Shown: positions 49,365 through 59,551, numbered from the stretch's first letter. The stretch is 64,000 bases of DNA from Candidatus Bathyarchaeia archaeon (GCA_050014495.1 JBEKDF010000004.1:5302-69301); one strand, 5' to 3'. A program made the numbers and translations. The notes: generated from the sequence alone by a model not told the origin.

Positions 49365-50330
49365 TTGAAGGCGACGGCCATCGCTCACCCCATTCAGGGG
49401 TTAATAAAATACCATGGGCTGAAAGACGTGGCTCTAAGAATTCCCTTCCACGATAGTATCTCCGTATGTTCAGATGCACTGGAAACCGTCACCACGGTTC
49501 AATTCGATGAGACTCTAATGGAGGATTCAGTTGTGATCAATGATAATAGGGTCTCAGGTTCGGATCTTGATCGAATCATAGCGATTATTACCAGGCTTGC
49601 TATGATGGCGAAGAACAGCGATCACTTTAAGATAGTATCTAAAAACAATCTTTCAAACGGTAAGGGCCTCGGTTTCTCGGCATCGGGATTCGCAGCGCTG
49701 GGGTTTGCCTCACGTGAAGCTCTTGAGCTCGACATCGATGACATATCGCTCTCAGAGATAGTTAGGTTAGGGGCAGGTTCAGCTACTAGGAGTTTGGCTG
49801 GCGGTTTTTCGATTTGGTATGCGGATAAAGGAGGCAGGTCGTATGCTGAGCAGTTGGCGGGCCCCGATGCGATGGATTTCATGCAGGTCGTGATACCGAT
49901 AGCCTCCGATGTGAAAACGGATGAGGCTCACATTGAGGTTCTCAGTTCACCCCTCTTCAAAGCTAGGTTAGATCACATCGAGGATATACTGAGTTCGATG
50001 AGGGCCGCAATTGCTAGTAAAGACGTTAAGATGATAGGCAGACTTGCTGAGGAGGACACGCTGAATCTTCACGCCATAACGATGACTGGCAAGTCTCACA
50101 TAGTGTTATGGGAGCCAGATACAGTCCGGATTCTCAAGGAGGTGATTAGGATGCGGGCTGATGGTGTTTCTGCCTGGTACTCAATGGATACTGGTCCATC
50201 CGTCTTCGTGAACACCGACTCTGAGTACGTTAAGGAGGTCGCAAGGAGGATAGGTTCCCTGGATTTGTCCAATGTAATCATAAGTAGGGTTGGTGGCCCT
50301 CCAACTATATGTTATGAACACCTATTTTGA
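49365..50330 (+). CDS. mvaD: (Di)phosphomevalonate decarboxylase, GHMP family
   Basis: AHPIQGLIKYHG, GLGFSASGFAAL, R.G.GSA.RS..GG, SMDTGPSV. Confidence 0.9.
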   Translation: MKATAIAHPIQGLIKYHGLKDVALRIPFHDSISVCSDALETVTTVQFDETLMEDSVVINDNRVSGSDLDRIIAIITRLAMMAKNSDHFKIVSKNNLSNGKGLGFSASGFAALGFASREALELDIDDISLSEIVRLGAGSATRSLAGGFSIWYADKGGRSYAEQLAGPDAMDFMQVVIPIASDVKTDEAHIEVLSSPLFKARLDHIEDILSSMRAAIASKDVKMIGRLAEEDTLNLHAITMTGKSHIVLWEPDTVRILKEVIRMRADGVSAWYSMDTGPSVFVNTDSEYVKEVARRIGSLDLSNVIISRVGGPPTICYEHLF

Positions 50331-50378
50331 ATCTAGTAAAAGAAGGCGCAGAGGATACGTGCGGGCGAAAAAAGGAGA

Positions 50379-51551
50379 CTAAGATGCTGTGACCTTGAAG
50401 GTCTTGAAACCCTCACTCATTAAATGAATCGTGTAGCTGTTTCCCTTGACCGGTGTCACAGCTACCTTGGGAGATTTATCTCGGCCATCAACATGTAGAC
50501 TTATAACCCCGTTGAAGGTTAGCGTCGCCGAATTACCCGGCTTTAGGACCAATCTTGATGTGCCCCAGTCACCCATCGGATTCATGTCACCGAATATAGG
50601 AGTCAGGGTGTCACCACTGATTTTGAAGGGTATGGAGTCGGGTCTGTCCATCCCCATGAAGCCCCATGGCATACCACCCATGCCTGGCTTACCCGACTTG
50701 TCCTTTCCATTCTGCTGTCCATAACCTGCGATGGTAGAGGTGACGTTGAAGTCGCCACTGAGAGTGATGCTGGAGATCGTTGCGTTGGCTTTGCCAATGT
50801 TCTTGATGGTCACACTGAGAGTTGTGACGTTGCCCTTGACTGAGAGACTCGACGAAGTCACCGTAATGTTGTTCGAGGCTCTGCGGTACTCCTGACTCAG
50901 CTTGTTGTTATCATCATCGCCTATCCTCCATTTTGCGCCGACTTGTGTCTGAGTATCGAGAACGTTAGATTTGACTATCGCTGTTGCGCTCGGAGATAAA
51001 ACGAAGTAGCTCACCAAGCTTCCAGTCGAGTTCATCGCGTTGATCTGGACGAGTGTTGGCCTTAGATCGATCAGGGCACCAGTCTTCGTTCCATTCAACT
51101 TCGTTTCTCTTAGTGAGACCAGTAGATTATCGGAGAGCATCGTCACTGGGTATACTTTATCGCTTACCTTCGCCTCAGCTGCGGAGATCTCGAACTGAAG
51201 TTTATCCACTGTTGAGCCTGTGGGAAGACTTAGAGTAGCAATTGTTTGGGTCATGTTTACAAGTGAGAGTAGATTTACCCTACCCGACTCTTGGGCTGCA
51301 ACCCAATTTGATGAGCCGTCGCTGGCTACAACGTGGAGCTGGATGCTTGAATAGGTCACGTTAAGTTGAGTAGTTCCCCTTGGAACGTTTGGTGGGTCAG
51401 TTAGCATGACGAGGAAACTCGTCTGACCTGTTTGTGTTGTCATACTCGTTGGATTCAACGCCGTGTTGGCGTAGAGGGATGTCCCGATGATGGCCAGAGC
51501 CACAATAACCGCGGCTGCACCATACTTCAAGGAAAGTCTCTTCGTTGCCAT
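50379..51551 (-). CDS. Secreted/membrane-anchored DUF4382-like protein with Ig-like C-terminus
   Basis: N-terminal TM, LTDPP, NVTYSSIQLH, VNLLSL. Confidence 0.65.
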   Translation of the reverse strand: MATKRLSLKYGAAAVIVALAIIGTSLYANTALNPTSMTTQTGQTSFLVMLTDPPNVPRGTTQLNVTYSSIQLHVVASDGSSNWVAAQESGRVNLLSLVNMTQTIATLSLPTGSTVDKLQFEISAAEAKVSDKVYPVTMLSDNLLVSLRETKLNGTKTGALIDLRPTLVQINAMNSTGSLVSYFVLSPSATAIVKSNVLDTQTQVGAKWRIGDDDNNKLSQEYRRASNNITVTSSSLSVKGNVTTLSVTIKNIGKANATISSITLSGDFNVTSTIAGYGQQNGKDKSGKPGMGGMPWGFMGMDRPDSIPFKISGDTLTPIFGDMNPMGDWGTSRLVLKPGNSATLTFNGVISLHVDGRDKSPKVAVTPVKGNSYTIHLMSEGFKTFKVTAS

Positions 51552-51658
51552 CTACATTTACCTAAACAATAGGCGTCTCGACTTTGTATATGATGCTACA
51601 CATTTTAATGACTTTTCAGGGTATTTGAAGACCCGTTCAAGATCCTTGAATGGCGTTG

Positions 51659-52105
51659 TTAATCATTTGTTTGCCTGTTAGCGGAGTCAACAACTAGCCT
51701 ACGCCACAACCTGAGAGACTCATACCAGAGGAGAACGACCATCGCTAGGGAAGCTGTGATGAGATAAATCGTGAATCCAGTGGATAGGAGGGATTCAAGT
51801 GAAAAGAATACGATCAGGATCGTGAACAGAACGGCGAAGAAGAGGAACTGTGGAACCAGGGCAGTTCCCACCTTAACATATCCCTCCAAGATCTCGGTGG
51901 ATGACTCCTCCGAGGCAACGTACCTGCCCTCCTCATCTTGTCTCACGTATCCGGCTTCGACGAGTCTACTAAGGTGGTACGATGCCAATGAAGGAGTTGA
52001 TAGTCCTACGCCCCTCTGAACATCCCTGAGACCACTTGGACCATGTGTGACAAGGTAAAGGTACGTCCTTAGGGCGTTTCCTGTGATCTCTTTAGTTTTT
52101 TTCAA
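51659..52105 (-). CDS. Membrane-tethered winged-helix transcription regulator
   Basis: R.Y.YL...GPSGLRDVQRGVGLSTPSLASYHL..L...GYV plus two TM helices. Confidence 0.8.
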   Translation of the reverse strand: MKKTKEITGNALRTYLYLVTHGPSGLRDVQRGVGLSTPSLASYHLSRLVEAGYVRQDEEGRYVASEESSTEILEGYVKVGTALVPQFLFFAVLFTILIVFFSLESLLSTGFTIYLITASLAMVVLLWYESLRLWRRLVVDSANRQTND

Positions 52106-52455
52106 GGCTGTTCACCTGGCGTACGTGATACCGTTTATTACTTGAGTCGAGATCGATAGGGTGTCTCTTTCCAGTCCAATACGCCTACCATACCGTTCAC
52201 GTTTGCGTAGCGTTGATGCCTGACCTCCGAGAGTAACGCTTTGGTGAACAAGTTTTGGAGATGCTCCTATTGTTATAATATAAATCCCACAATGGAACAA
52301 GGTACCTTATAGCGTCTTCTGAATCAGAATATGTATCTAAAATCAATCAAATATCCACTTCTTAACTATAGTGTGTTCACGCTTTGGTAGTCTGAATCTT
52401 GGGTTTTCCTGTGGACAATATTTAGTGTTTATTTGTGGCTCTGTCGAGTGGCTAC

Positions 52456-53358
52456 TTAAATAACAACTTGCTCCCCAGGTACTCTTCTGAAAATTTGTAC
52501 ATCACCGACATGGCTAGCCTTTGTCAGGAACCTTACGAGTCTCTCGATCCCGAAGCCTGCTCCAGCTGAGGGTATAAATCCCTTCTTTGCCTCAGCGACG
52601 TAGGCGTCGTATATTCTCATGTTAAGTCTGTCTTTTCCCATCCTCTCAATGATGCGCTTGTAATCGTATTCTCGTTCCGCGCCGGATAGGGCTTCACCAA
52701 ATCCCTGTGGGTATACGAGATCGTAGTTCAGGTAATGACCGGGATTTGATTCATCCTCCTTATCGTAGAATTCTCTCTTGTGGCATAGAGCCCAGAATGG
52801 TTGTTCATTTGCAATCGATGCCTCTTTCTCCCAGTCTTTACCGTATTTGCTCTCTAATTCATGGGTTGTGTAAACCTTGAATGGTGTTTTGAACTCGAAG
52901 GGACGGACACCGATGCTCTCAAAGAGATCAAGGTAATTCTTCAGCTTCTCACCTAGAAATTCGAAGTATTTACCCATCAAAGACATCACATCCTCCTTTT
53001 TACCATTCGCGATCTCAAAGTCTAGCTGGGTAAACTCAAACAGATGCTTTCCCGATACTATTCTCTCGGCCTTCTCTAGTCTAATGTTGGGAGAGAAGAT
53101 GAAGATCTTACCGAGGTTCTTGACGGCAACCTGCTTGTGTAGAATCATCGAATTCATAGTGTAGAGAAGCATTCCATTGTACTCAATCTCAGGAGTCTTG
53201 ATTATTGACGATCCTGGATCAGGGCCAAGGGGATCGGTGCTTCTACCCAGTATGACGGGTAGCAATTGAACAAAGCCTTGTTCGTGGAAGAAGTCCGAAG
53301 TAAGCTTTAGTACCGCACTTCCGATCTCGATTCTCGTTGTTAATTCTGGTACTTGCAT
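52456..53358 (-). CDS. asnA: Archaeal asparagine synthetase A (AsnRS-related)
   Basis: TDPL, SMILHKQ, SPNIRLE, HLFEFTQLDFE, SGAEREY, SAGAGFGIERL; no anticodon-binding domain. Confidence 0.88.
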   Translation of the reverse strand: MQVPELTTRIEIGSAVLKLTSDFFHEQGFVQLLPVILGRSTDPLGPDPGSSIIKTPEIEYNGMLLYTMNSMILHKQVAVKNLGKIFIFSPNIRLEKAERIVSGKHLFEFTQLDFEIANGKKEDVMSLMGKYFEFLGEKLKNYLDLFESIGVRPFEFKTPFKVYTTHELESKYGKDWEKEASIANEQPFWALCHKREFYDKEDESNPGHYLNYDLVYPQGFGEALSGAEREYDYKRIIERMGKDRLNMRIYDAYVAEAKKGFIPSAGAGFGIERLVRFLTKASHVGDVQIFRRVPGEQVVI

Positions 53359-53668
53359 CTAGATCTCAGAAAAACGTATCATCGCTGCATATTAAGATTT
53401 ATACAATAATATTGGAGTAATTTCATTATAATAGTTTTTTTCATCATTGGAATTGTAATAAATACAAAAAATGATGCGAAGTTAAGAAACATGTATGGAG
53501 GCAAATTAGGATTTTTAATTGCGTTGAACATGTGCACACGAACTGTTATGAAGTTATTATTAGACCTTGTCGCTCACTATTCACAGCGATTATTTTACAT
53601 GCTTTATTCTATTTTTAAGGGGCGTTCGTGCTTGCGACACATGAATTTAGACTAGGTGATGATTGATA

Positions 53669-54772
53669 CTAGACATTGTTGATGATGTGCGAGAAAGCTG
53701 CTAGAATAATTGAGGTCATTATTAAGAATAATCCGGAGATGACCCCTATTATCAAAACGAATGCAGCTGGGAGGCTTAGTGTTTGGAGATTCAGGTATGT
53801 GGTGAGTAGGTAAGCTCCGGCGGAGATTCCGATAGCCAATGCGAATAGACCGGGGAGCCCGAAGAAGAGGTAAGATTTATTCGACATGGTTATTATGAAG
53901 CTTTGAGATGTTCCCTGGTCCTTCGGCTTTTCCTGGGTTTTTGATTGTTGAGTGACTCCTGTTTGGGATATGGGTGCCTCTTCCGTTTGTGTCTCGTAAT
54001 CGTTTGTATTGAATGGTTCTCTCTGTATCTCGATCGGGACCTCCCTTAGGATGAGTCCGTTACCGGAGGCTATTCCAAGGATCCTAGAGTGGCTCTCTAG
54101 GACTTCTGTGGGGGCTGAGAGGAAGGCTCTTAGGGATTTCTGGGAAAACGCCATGAAGATGCTCGGTAGATCATCTTCGTCGACTGTCTCGGATCGATTT
54201 GTTCCATTTGGTTGTTGGGTTCCAAAGACCACGTCTGCCTCTCTCGATTTGATTAGGGAGAGGATCTTCGGTATCTCTGAGGGTTGAAGGTTGGGGTCTA
54301 CATCCATTATCAGGATCATTGCTGGGTCCAGTTCGAGTGAGCGTTCAAGGAGGGTTCGGAGTGTCGCGAGGCGTCCGAGGCTGGTCTCGTGTCGGATCAC
54401 TGTGGCGCCTAGGCCTGCGGCTACTTGCCCCATGAGATCTTCGGAGCCGTCATCGCATACTAGAATTCGGTCAAAGTATTGCTTAGATTTGATGATAAGT
54501 GGTCCTATCTCCTTCTCTTCGTTGTAGGCTGGGATGCAGAGAAGGGTTGTGATTGGTTTAATCGGGGGTTGTGGGGAGTGTATCAGTTGAGGCATGTATG
54601 TGGCCTCGTTTCTCGCTTCAACCATCTCAACACGTTGTGATGGGTTCGGAGGAGCCTCCGCTGAGGTTTTTGATTTTTTAGTTACTCGTTTTCTGTCTGG
54701 CTTTGAGATTGACTGCATCTTCTTTTTTACTACCTTCGTTTTAACGAAGTTTAATCCGCTATCTGTGTCCAT
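53669..54772 (-). CDS. GT2 glycosyltransferase-like protein with two C-terminal TM helices
   Basis: IPAYNEE, VCDDGS.D, MDVD. Confidence 0.8.
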   Translation of the reverse strand: MDTDSGLNFVKTKVVKKKMQSISKPDRKRVTKKSKTSAEAPPNPSQRVEMVEARNEATYMPQLIHSPQPPIKPITTLLCIPAYNEEKEIGPLIIKSKQYFDRILVCDDGSEDLMGQVAAGLGATVIRHETSLGRLATLRTLLERSLELDPAMILIMDVDPNLQPSEIPKILSLIKSREADVVFGTQQPNGTNRSETVDEDDLPSIFMAFSQKSLRAFLSAPTEVLESHSRILGIASGNGLILREVPIEIQREPFNTNDYETQTEEAPISQTGVTQQSKTQEKPKDQGTSQSFIITMSNKSYLFFGLPGLFALAIGISAGAYLLTTYLNLQTLSLPAAFVLIIGVISGLFLIMTSIILAAFSHIINNV

Positions 54773-54904
54773 GTATTAAACCCCTTAGAATTTCTTTACT
54801 GTTGGACCTGATTTTCCCCTAGTTCCATTTACTTGATTAGAATAAAATGCATTATGGATATGTAATAGCTAATACGGATTTCAAAATAATGAATTGTATA
54901 TCAT

Positions 54905-54914
54905 GCGCGCGCGC
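54905..54914. repeat. (GC)5 tract upstream of a TATA-like box
   Basis: catGCGCGCGCGCacgttgattataatt. Confidence 0.92.
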
Positions 54915-54962
54915 ACGTTGATTATAATTACGTCACACAATCTTACTAGAGAAGTTGACCTT

Positions 54963-55208
54963 ATAAGTGCCACCGCAACTACCAAGAAAACCGACTATAT
55001 CGCTGTGCTAGTCGCTTACATGAGCTTCGTCGTGCTGGGGATACCAAGCGCGATGCGCGCGCGCATCGGTATAGGTGTCTTTCCCGGCATCGCAGGGGTT
55101 CTTGCCGACCGCAGTAGCTTGGAGGCAATACTCTTCGTATTATTTGCGCTGTCAATCATGATGATGATCTTATACGAGTTGACTATTCGAGCGCATTTGG
55201 GGGTGTAG
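54963..55208 (+). pseudogene. MFS transporter remnant: TM1 joined to the last TMs through (GC)5
   Basis: IAVLVAYMSFVVLGIPSAM - [GCGCGCGCGC 55055-55064] - IGIGVFPGIAGVLADRSSLEAILFVLFALSIMMMILYE. Confidence 0.7.
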
Positions 55209-55343
55209 CGGTCATTGAAGGATCGCGTTGATGAGTTTTAGGATGCGTATACGTGCGCGTAAACTATTACCTCACGTTTACAGGACCCTATATGATAACT
55301 CCGAGTTTTTTATATATACCGAGGTTTTCTCCAGTCTGTGATA

Positions 55344-55382
55344 CGCGCGCGCATTTTATCTATTTGTAGGTGAGGCGCGCGC
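55344..55382. repeat. Two alternating GC tracts (55344-55352, 55375-55382)
   Basis: ataCGCGCGCGCat...gagGCGCGCGCtct. Confidence 0.9.
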
Positions 55383-55387
55383 TCTGC

Positions 55388-56510
55388 TTATGTAGCATAT
55401 GATAAGTTGAAGGCATTTGTGAGGCTTACTTTCGGTGTGATGCCATCACTTTTTACGAGGTCCCATGTCCACGACATTGTCCCCTTCCAGCCCCAGAAGT
55501 AGGCGGCGTTTACGCCCATGCTGTTGAGTTTAGCAATGTGGCCACTCATGTAGTTGGCGGTTACTACGGGTGTGGTCGCGTAGCCATTCCACTCAGTCAC
55601 ATCGACCTTCTTCCCATTGGCGTGAGCCGTGTTGATGTAACTCTGGAGGTCATTCCACCCTGATCCCCAGACGGTGTAACTTGGGTTCCGGTGGTCTAGA
55701 TACTCATTCACGAAGGCGACATCGAGGGTGTCAATAGTCTGTGATGTTGTGAATTTTTTAAGCCCAGAGAGGTCGAATCTGACTCCTACCAATACATCTG
55801 GCTTAATAGACTTGACGAATGCTCTCGCATCAGTCCATAGCTGGACTGTCTGCGTCTTCTGTGTCGTCGTCATTGTGTATCTTGAGGGCTCATTCAGCAC
55901 GGAAACGGATTCGATGGGAAGGTCGGATATCTTCTGTATTGTATACCTGATCCAGTTGAGATACTGTGTCTTTCCTGATCCGTTGAGGATTAACCTAGTA
56001 TTTCCTCCCAGATTGGTGGGGGTGGCGAATCCGCTAGTGCTTGATGGGAAGAGTGTGTGGAAGTCAAGATGGGCCTTGAGTTCGGCTGTAGCGGCGGCTT
56101 GTAGGACGTGGCGGAGTTTGGTATATTCGCTGGCGATGTAGTTGTCATTTGATGATTCGTAGGTTCCCCAGTAGAGTACCACGCTCACTCGGTCCATTCC
56201 CGCTGACTTGAAGAGCTCGAAGTTGGCCGCGAAGCGGGTTGGTGAGTCTGACTCGTAGTCGGTCCGGTAGTTGACACCGAGGTCAATGCTTGAGTCTGTC
56301 GTTTTAATTGGGGTGATCGAGCTCTGCGTGTACACCGCCTTTAGAGTGTGAGATGAGCCCATTGTTATATAAATTGGGTTCAAGCTCACTGCGTTGTCCC
56401 CATCCTTGATCCAGTGGTCGAAATGGTACCTAGTAGAGAGTGTTGCTGTGACTTTTACGCTAGGTCCGCTTTGGTAAGTTCTTACGCCTGTTCCTGGGCT
56501 GGTTGAGCCA
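55388..56510 (-). pseudogene. Clan GH-A glycoside hydrolase preceded by a 5'-truncated InlB-B-repeat-like domain
   Basis: LGVNY, NEP acid/base, VTEW nucleophile, FW.W; frame stays open upstream of 56389 (GSTSPGTG...VKVTAT...YHFDHW...NPIYITM...LKAVY) until (GC)5 and TAA. Confidence 0.72.
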
Positions 56511-56520
56511 GCGCGCGCGC
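56511..56520. repeat. (GC)5 tract at the truncation point of the glycoside hydrolase
   Basis: gagccaGCGCGCGCGCacgtttaaaa. Confidence 0.93.
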
Positions 56521-56785
56521 ACGTTTAAAATAATAATAAAATATTAATATTAAAGGGACAAAATATGTTTAAATTTCATTTATTTGATAATTTCCCATTT
56601 TTCACGTTATTTTATTCGCGTGCGTTTGTAATAAGTGAGCGTGAGTGAATAACTGGGTCAGATTTTATAGTTATCCCCACCATCTCACGTTGGTCTTCCC
56701 AAGGCGTTCGGGCAAATGTATCCAGTGAGAATCTTTATCCAGCTGTGCTTGTGTGGTAAGTCGGGTAGTCTTCTATAAGCATTTT

Positions 56786-57529
56786 TTAGAACGTGATATG
56801 GCAGGGGATATTCAGCTTCCCGAATTTCAATGAGAGCTCCTGTCCCATTTGATGGAAGTATTCATCACTGCGCTTATCCTCCAAGCCATATTTCCGATAC
56901 ACCCAGTCAGCGTAGTGGTAATTCATTCGATCAACCAAAACGTAGTCCACCTTCCCGGCTAGGAGTTCCGGGAGAGTCTCTGCCCCCGGGAGGATTGGCG
57001 CGATCATGGCGTAGGTCTTCACTTCGGCTCTATGGAACTCGTCGAGGACCTTTATCCTTTCACCGATTGGGGGCGCGTTGGGCTCGAATAGCTTCCTAGT
57101 CTCATCCTCGGAGGTGGTCACCGTGAATCCGACCTCGAACTCCCTAGCCTCCTTGATGATGTCCATGTCACGTAAGACTAGTGGTGAACGCGTCTGAATT
57201 ACCACCGGCCAATTGTGTTGCTTAAGTATCTCGAGGCATCTCCGCGTTAGTTCGTATTTCTCTTCCAGCGGTTGGTATGGGTCGCAGACGCCGCTCACCC
57301 AGACTCTTCCACGCCTCTTCTTGCTGATCTCCACTCTTAGCAGGTCTGGGGCGTTTATCTTCACGTCGACGAATTCTCCCCAAGGCTCCCTGTGTCCGCT
57401 GAATCTCTTAATGAAGCGGGCGTAGCAGTAGGAGCACCCGTGTTGGCAACCCGTGTAGGGGTTGATGACGTAGGTGTAGACCTTTGAGACGTTGAGGATT
57501 GATTTTGCCTGGACTTCCTTTACCATCAT
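56786..57529 (-). CDS. Radical SAM protein, SPL/Rv2578c-like
   Basis: NPY.GCQHGCSYCYA, DPYQP.E, T.S.L..RD, FEP. Confidence 0.9.
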   Translation of the reverse strand: MMVKEVQAKSILNVSKVYTYVINPYTGCQHGCSYCYARFIKRFSGHREPWGEFVDVKINAPDLLRVEISKKRRGRVWVSGVCDPYQPLEEKYELTRRCLEILKQHNWPVVIQTRSPLVLRDMDIIKEAREFEVGFTVTTSEDETRKLFEPNAPPIGERIKVLDEFHRAEVKTYAMIAPILPGAETLPELLAGKVDYVLVDRMNYHYADWVYRKYGLEDKRSDEYFHQMGQELSLKFGKLNIPCHITF

Positions 57530-57540
57530 GTCTTATCGTC

Positions 57541-58566
57541 TCAGGTTGGTGGGCTCAAGCCCTCGATTGGTGCCGGGAACCAGCCCCCTAATTTAGTCTT
57601 TGCGTCGGCGAGTAACTCAGGAGTGTAGGTCCCAAACATGTTGTTCCCAGAGGAGATGTAGAGCATCTTCCCGAGGTCGAATCCCGCAACTTGGCAAATT
57701 AAAGCGTCGAGCTGAGCCACGCTGCTGCTAACTCCGATGTCCCGTGTGAACGGGGTTGGTCCGTCTCCACGGGTTGCCTCGAATAATCTAATGAGGTTGA
57801 AGAGGGCCCCATATACCTTATCCATGTCGAGTATGCTGTTATCCAGCCTCTTATTCTTGTAGCCATGCCACCACGCTCTCACGGGGTCCGATGTTAAGCC
57901 AAATAGGTTCTTCATCGTGAGGCTCGGGTACTCCTTGCGTTTGCTCAGGCTGATGAGGGTGGAGTCGCGGTGCCTGAATAGTTTCTCGGGGACGAGGCCG
58001 TAGACTTTCTCGATTTTTGCGGGTGGGTATTTTGACTCTACGGCCTCCTTGACGATCTTCGGATCAGCGACATATCCCGCCCATGTCTCGTCGGTGGCGT
58101 TGACATACTCGATGCCGTTATCCTTGAAGAAGTCGAGGTAACCGTATTTCTTCAGGTAGAGGTTATTCTCCTTCATCAAGTGGCTCCAGTGGGGCCCGTT
58201 TATGAACCAGTCCCAGTCGGGGTTCTTTAACAGCCACCTCCAACCTCTGCCCTTAAGGAGCTGGTTCCAGTCCAGCTCCACGCCGTCTGCCATGAATCGT
58301 AGGCCGTTTGGATCCAGTATCCTCGGTCTCCAGAGGAGGTGTCCCTCGGTGACGATGATCTTGCCCTTGGCTGCCGCCGTGATGCATTGTAGAACATCGA
58401 GGTTCTTCGGGTAAATTTTTTCAACTGCTACCATGTCGACTTTGACGATGAGTGGGTCCGAACCTGGTATCTTATTCTTTAGTAGACTCGTCAGTTCTGC
58501 GGGCTTATATACCCTTGAGAACGTCGAATCTCCGATTTGGATGTAGAAGTCATCAAGGGTTAACAA
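57541..58566 (-). CDS. Hypothetical protein, DUF362-like
   Basis: Long ORF with ISLSK.K and T.KNLFG motifs. Confidence 0.6.
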   Translation of the reverse strand: MLTLDDFYIQIGDSTFSRVYKPAELTSLLKNKIPGSDPLIVKVDMVAVEKIYPKNLDVLQCITAAAKGKIIVTEGHLLWRPRILDPNGLRFMADGVELDWNQLLKGRGWRWLLKNPDWDWFINGPHWSHLMKENNLYLKKYGYLDFFKDNGIEYVNATDETWAGYVADPKIVKEAVESKYPPAKIEKVYGLVPEKLFRHRDSTLISLSKRKEYPSLTMKNLFGLTSDPVRAWWHGYKNKRLDNSILDMDKVYGALFNLIRLFEATRGDGPTPFTRDIGVSSSVAQLDALICQVAGFDLGKMLYISSGNNMFGTYTPELLADAKTKLGGWFPAPIEGLSPPT

Positions 58567-58636
58567 TTTGTTTCGTTTATAAAATGTTTTATGAAAAAGC
58601 CTTTGCTTGTATCAAAAGGGCGCGCCTCTGAGCTAA

Positions 58637-58804
58637 TTATGACTTCATCTCCTTACACATCTCCATGATCAATGGGATGAGTTCCCCTAGGTTTGCCCAG
58701 TTCCACTCACCTGCACTAAGGTAAATATCCTCATTAGACTCTGAAGATATATCCGCACGGTTTCGTATACGTTCTAGGATTTCCTTGGCCTGCTTAGGAG
58801 TCAT
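58637..58804 (-). CDS. Small orphan ORF (55 aa)
   Basis: MTPKQAKEILERIRNRADISSESNEDIYLSAGEWNWANLGELIPLIMEMCKEMKS with purine-rich upstream ggggatggaag. Confidence 0.4.
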   Translation of the reverse strand: MTPKQAKEILERIRNRADISSESNEDIYLSAGEWNWANLGELIPLIMEMCKEMKS

Positions 58805-59119
58805 CTTCCATCCCCTAAACTTGTACTATTCTCGAACGCACGCTCCGTGGACCCCATGTGAGTGGTAATCCTCCGCATGTGCGACGTGCCATTCCCGTAA
58901 TAGTCGCAGCAGAATTTTTTACTTCCTGCTTCGCTGTGTATAACGTTTCGCATGTTTATGCAATCCTTTACTCAAGTAGTCGAGTACCAGTAATTAAGAC
59001 ATCCAAATTCGCCTAAATGCTATTGTATACGCTGTGTCGGGCCCACAATCTAATCTACCAGACAGCCATATAGCGTGCACGATTTACACATGTATTTTAT
59101 TTATTGGTGATATCAGTTT

Positions 59120-59151
59120 CGCGCGCGCATATGGATTCGAGACTGCGCGCG
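59120..59151. repeat. Two alternating GC tracts (59120-59128, 59145-59151)
   Basis: tttCGCGCGCGCatatg...actGCGCGCGtgcatg. Confidence 0.9.
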
Positions 59152-59313
59152 TGCATGGCCCCCAACCCAATGATTATTCCACTTTCTAATTCTTCCCTTC
59201 CTCTACTCATCTAATCTTCGTGCCGCGATGTATCATTAATCTGGTTTTCAGTATCTACTATTATTATAGCCTTACATTTTCCATTTTGTTTAGATATGGA
59301 GAAGAACTGATCT

Positions 59314-59493
59314 ATGGTTCAGGTTTTAATTGATATTCCCGATGAGCTGGTTCACGACATGGAGGATACTATGAATATCTATGAGCTGAGCATTGATGAG
59401 CTAGTTGTGACGGCTGTTAGGCATCTGGTGAATAAGCGCCAGCGTAAATCCTCTGCTCCGTTGATTCGTACTCGGCCCCTAGAATTCTTGTAG
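59314..59493 (+). CDS. Small ribbon-helix-helix-like protein (59 aa)
   Basis: MVQVLIDIPDELV...SIDELVVTAVRHLV; followed 4 nt later by (GC)4 at 59498-59505. Confidence 0.55.
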   Translation: MVQVLIDIPDELVHDMEDTMNIYELSIDELVVTAVRHLVNKRQRKSSAPLIRTRPLEFL

Positions 59494-59551
59494 CTTTGCG
59501 CGCGCTGCACATGCACAGAGTTATCTATGATTCCGAACATATTCACAGTTA

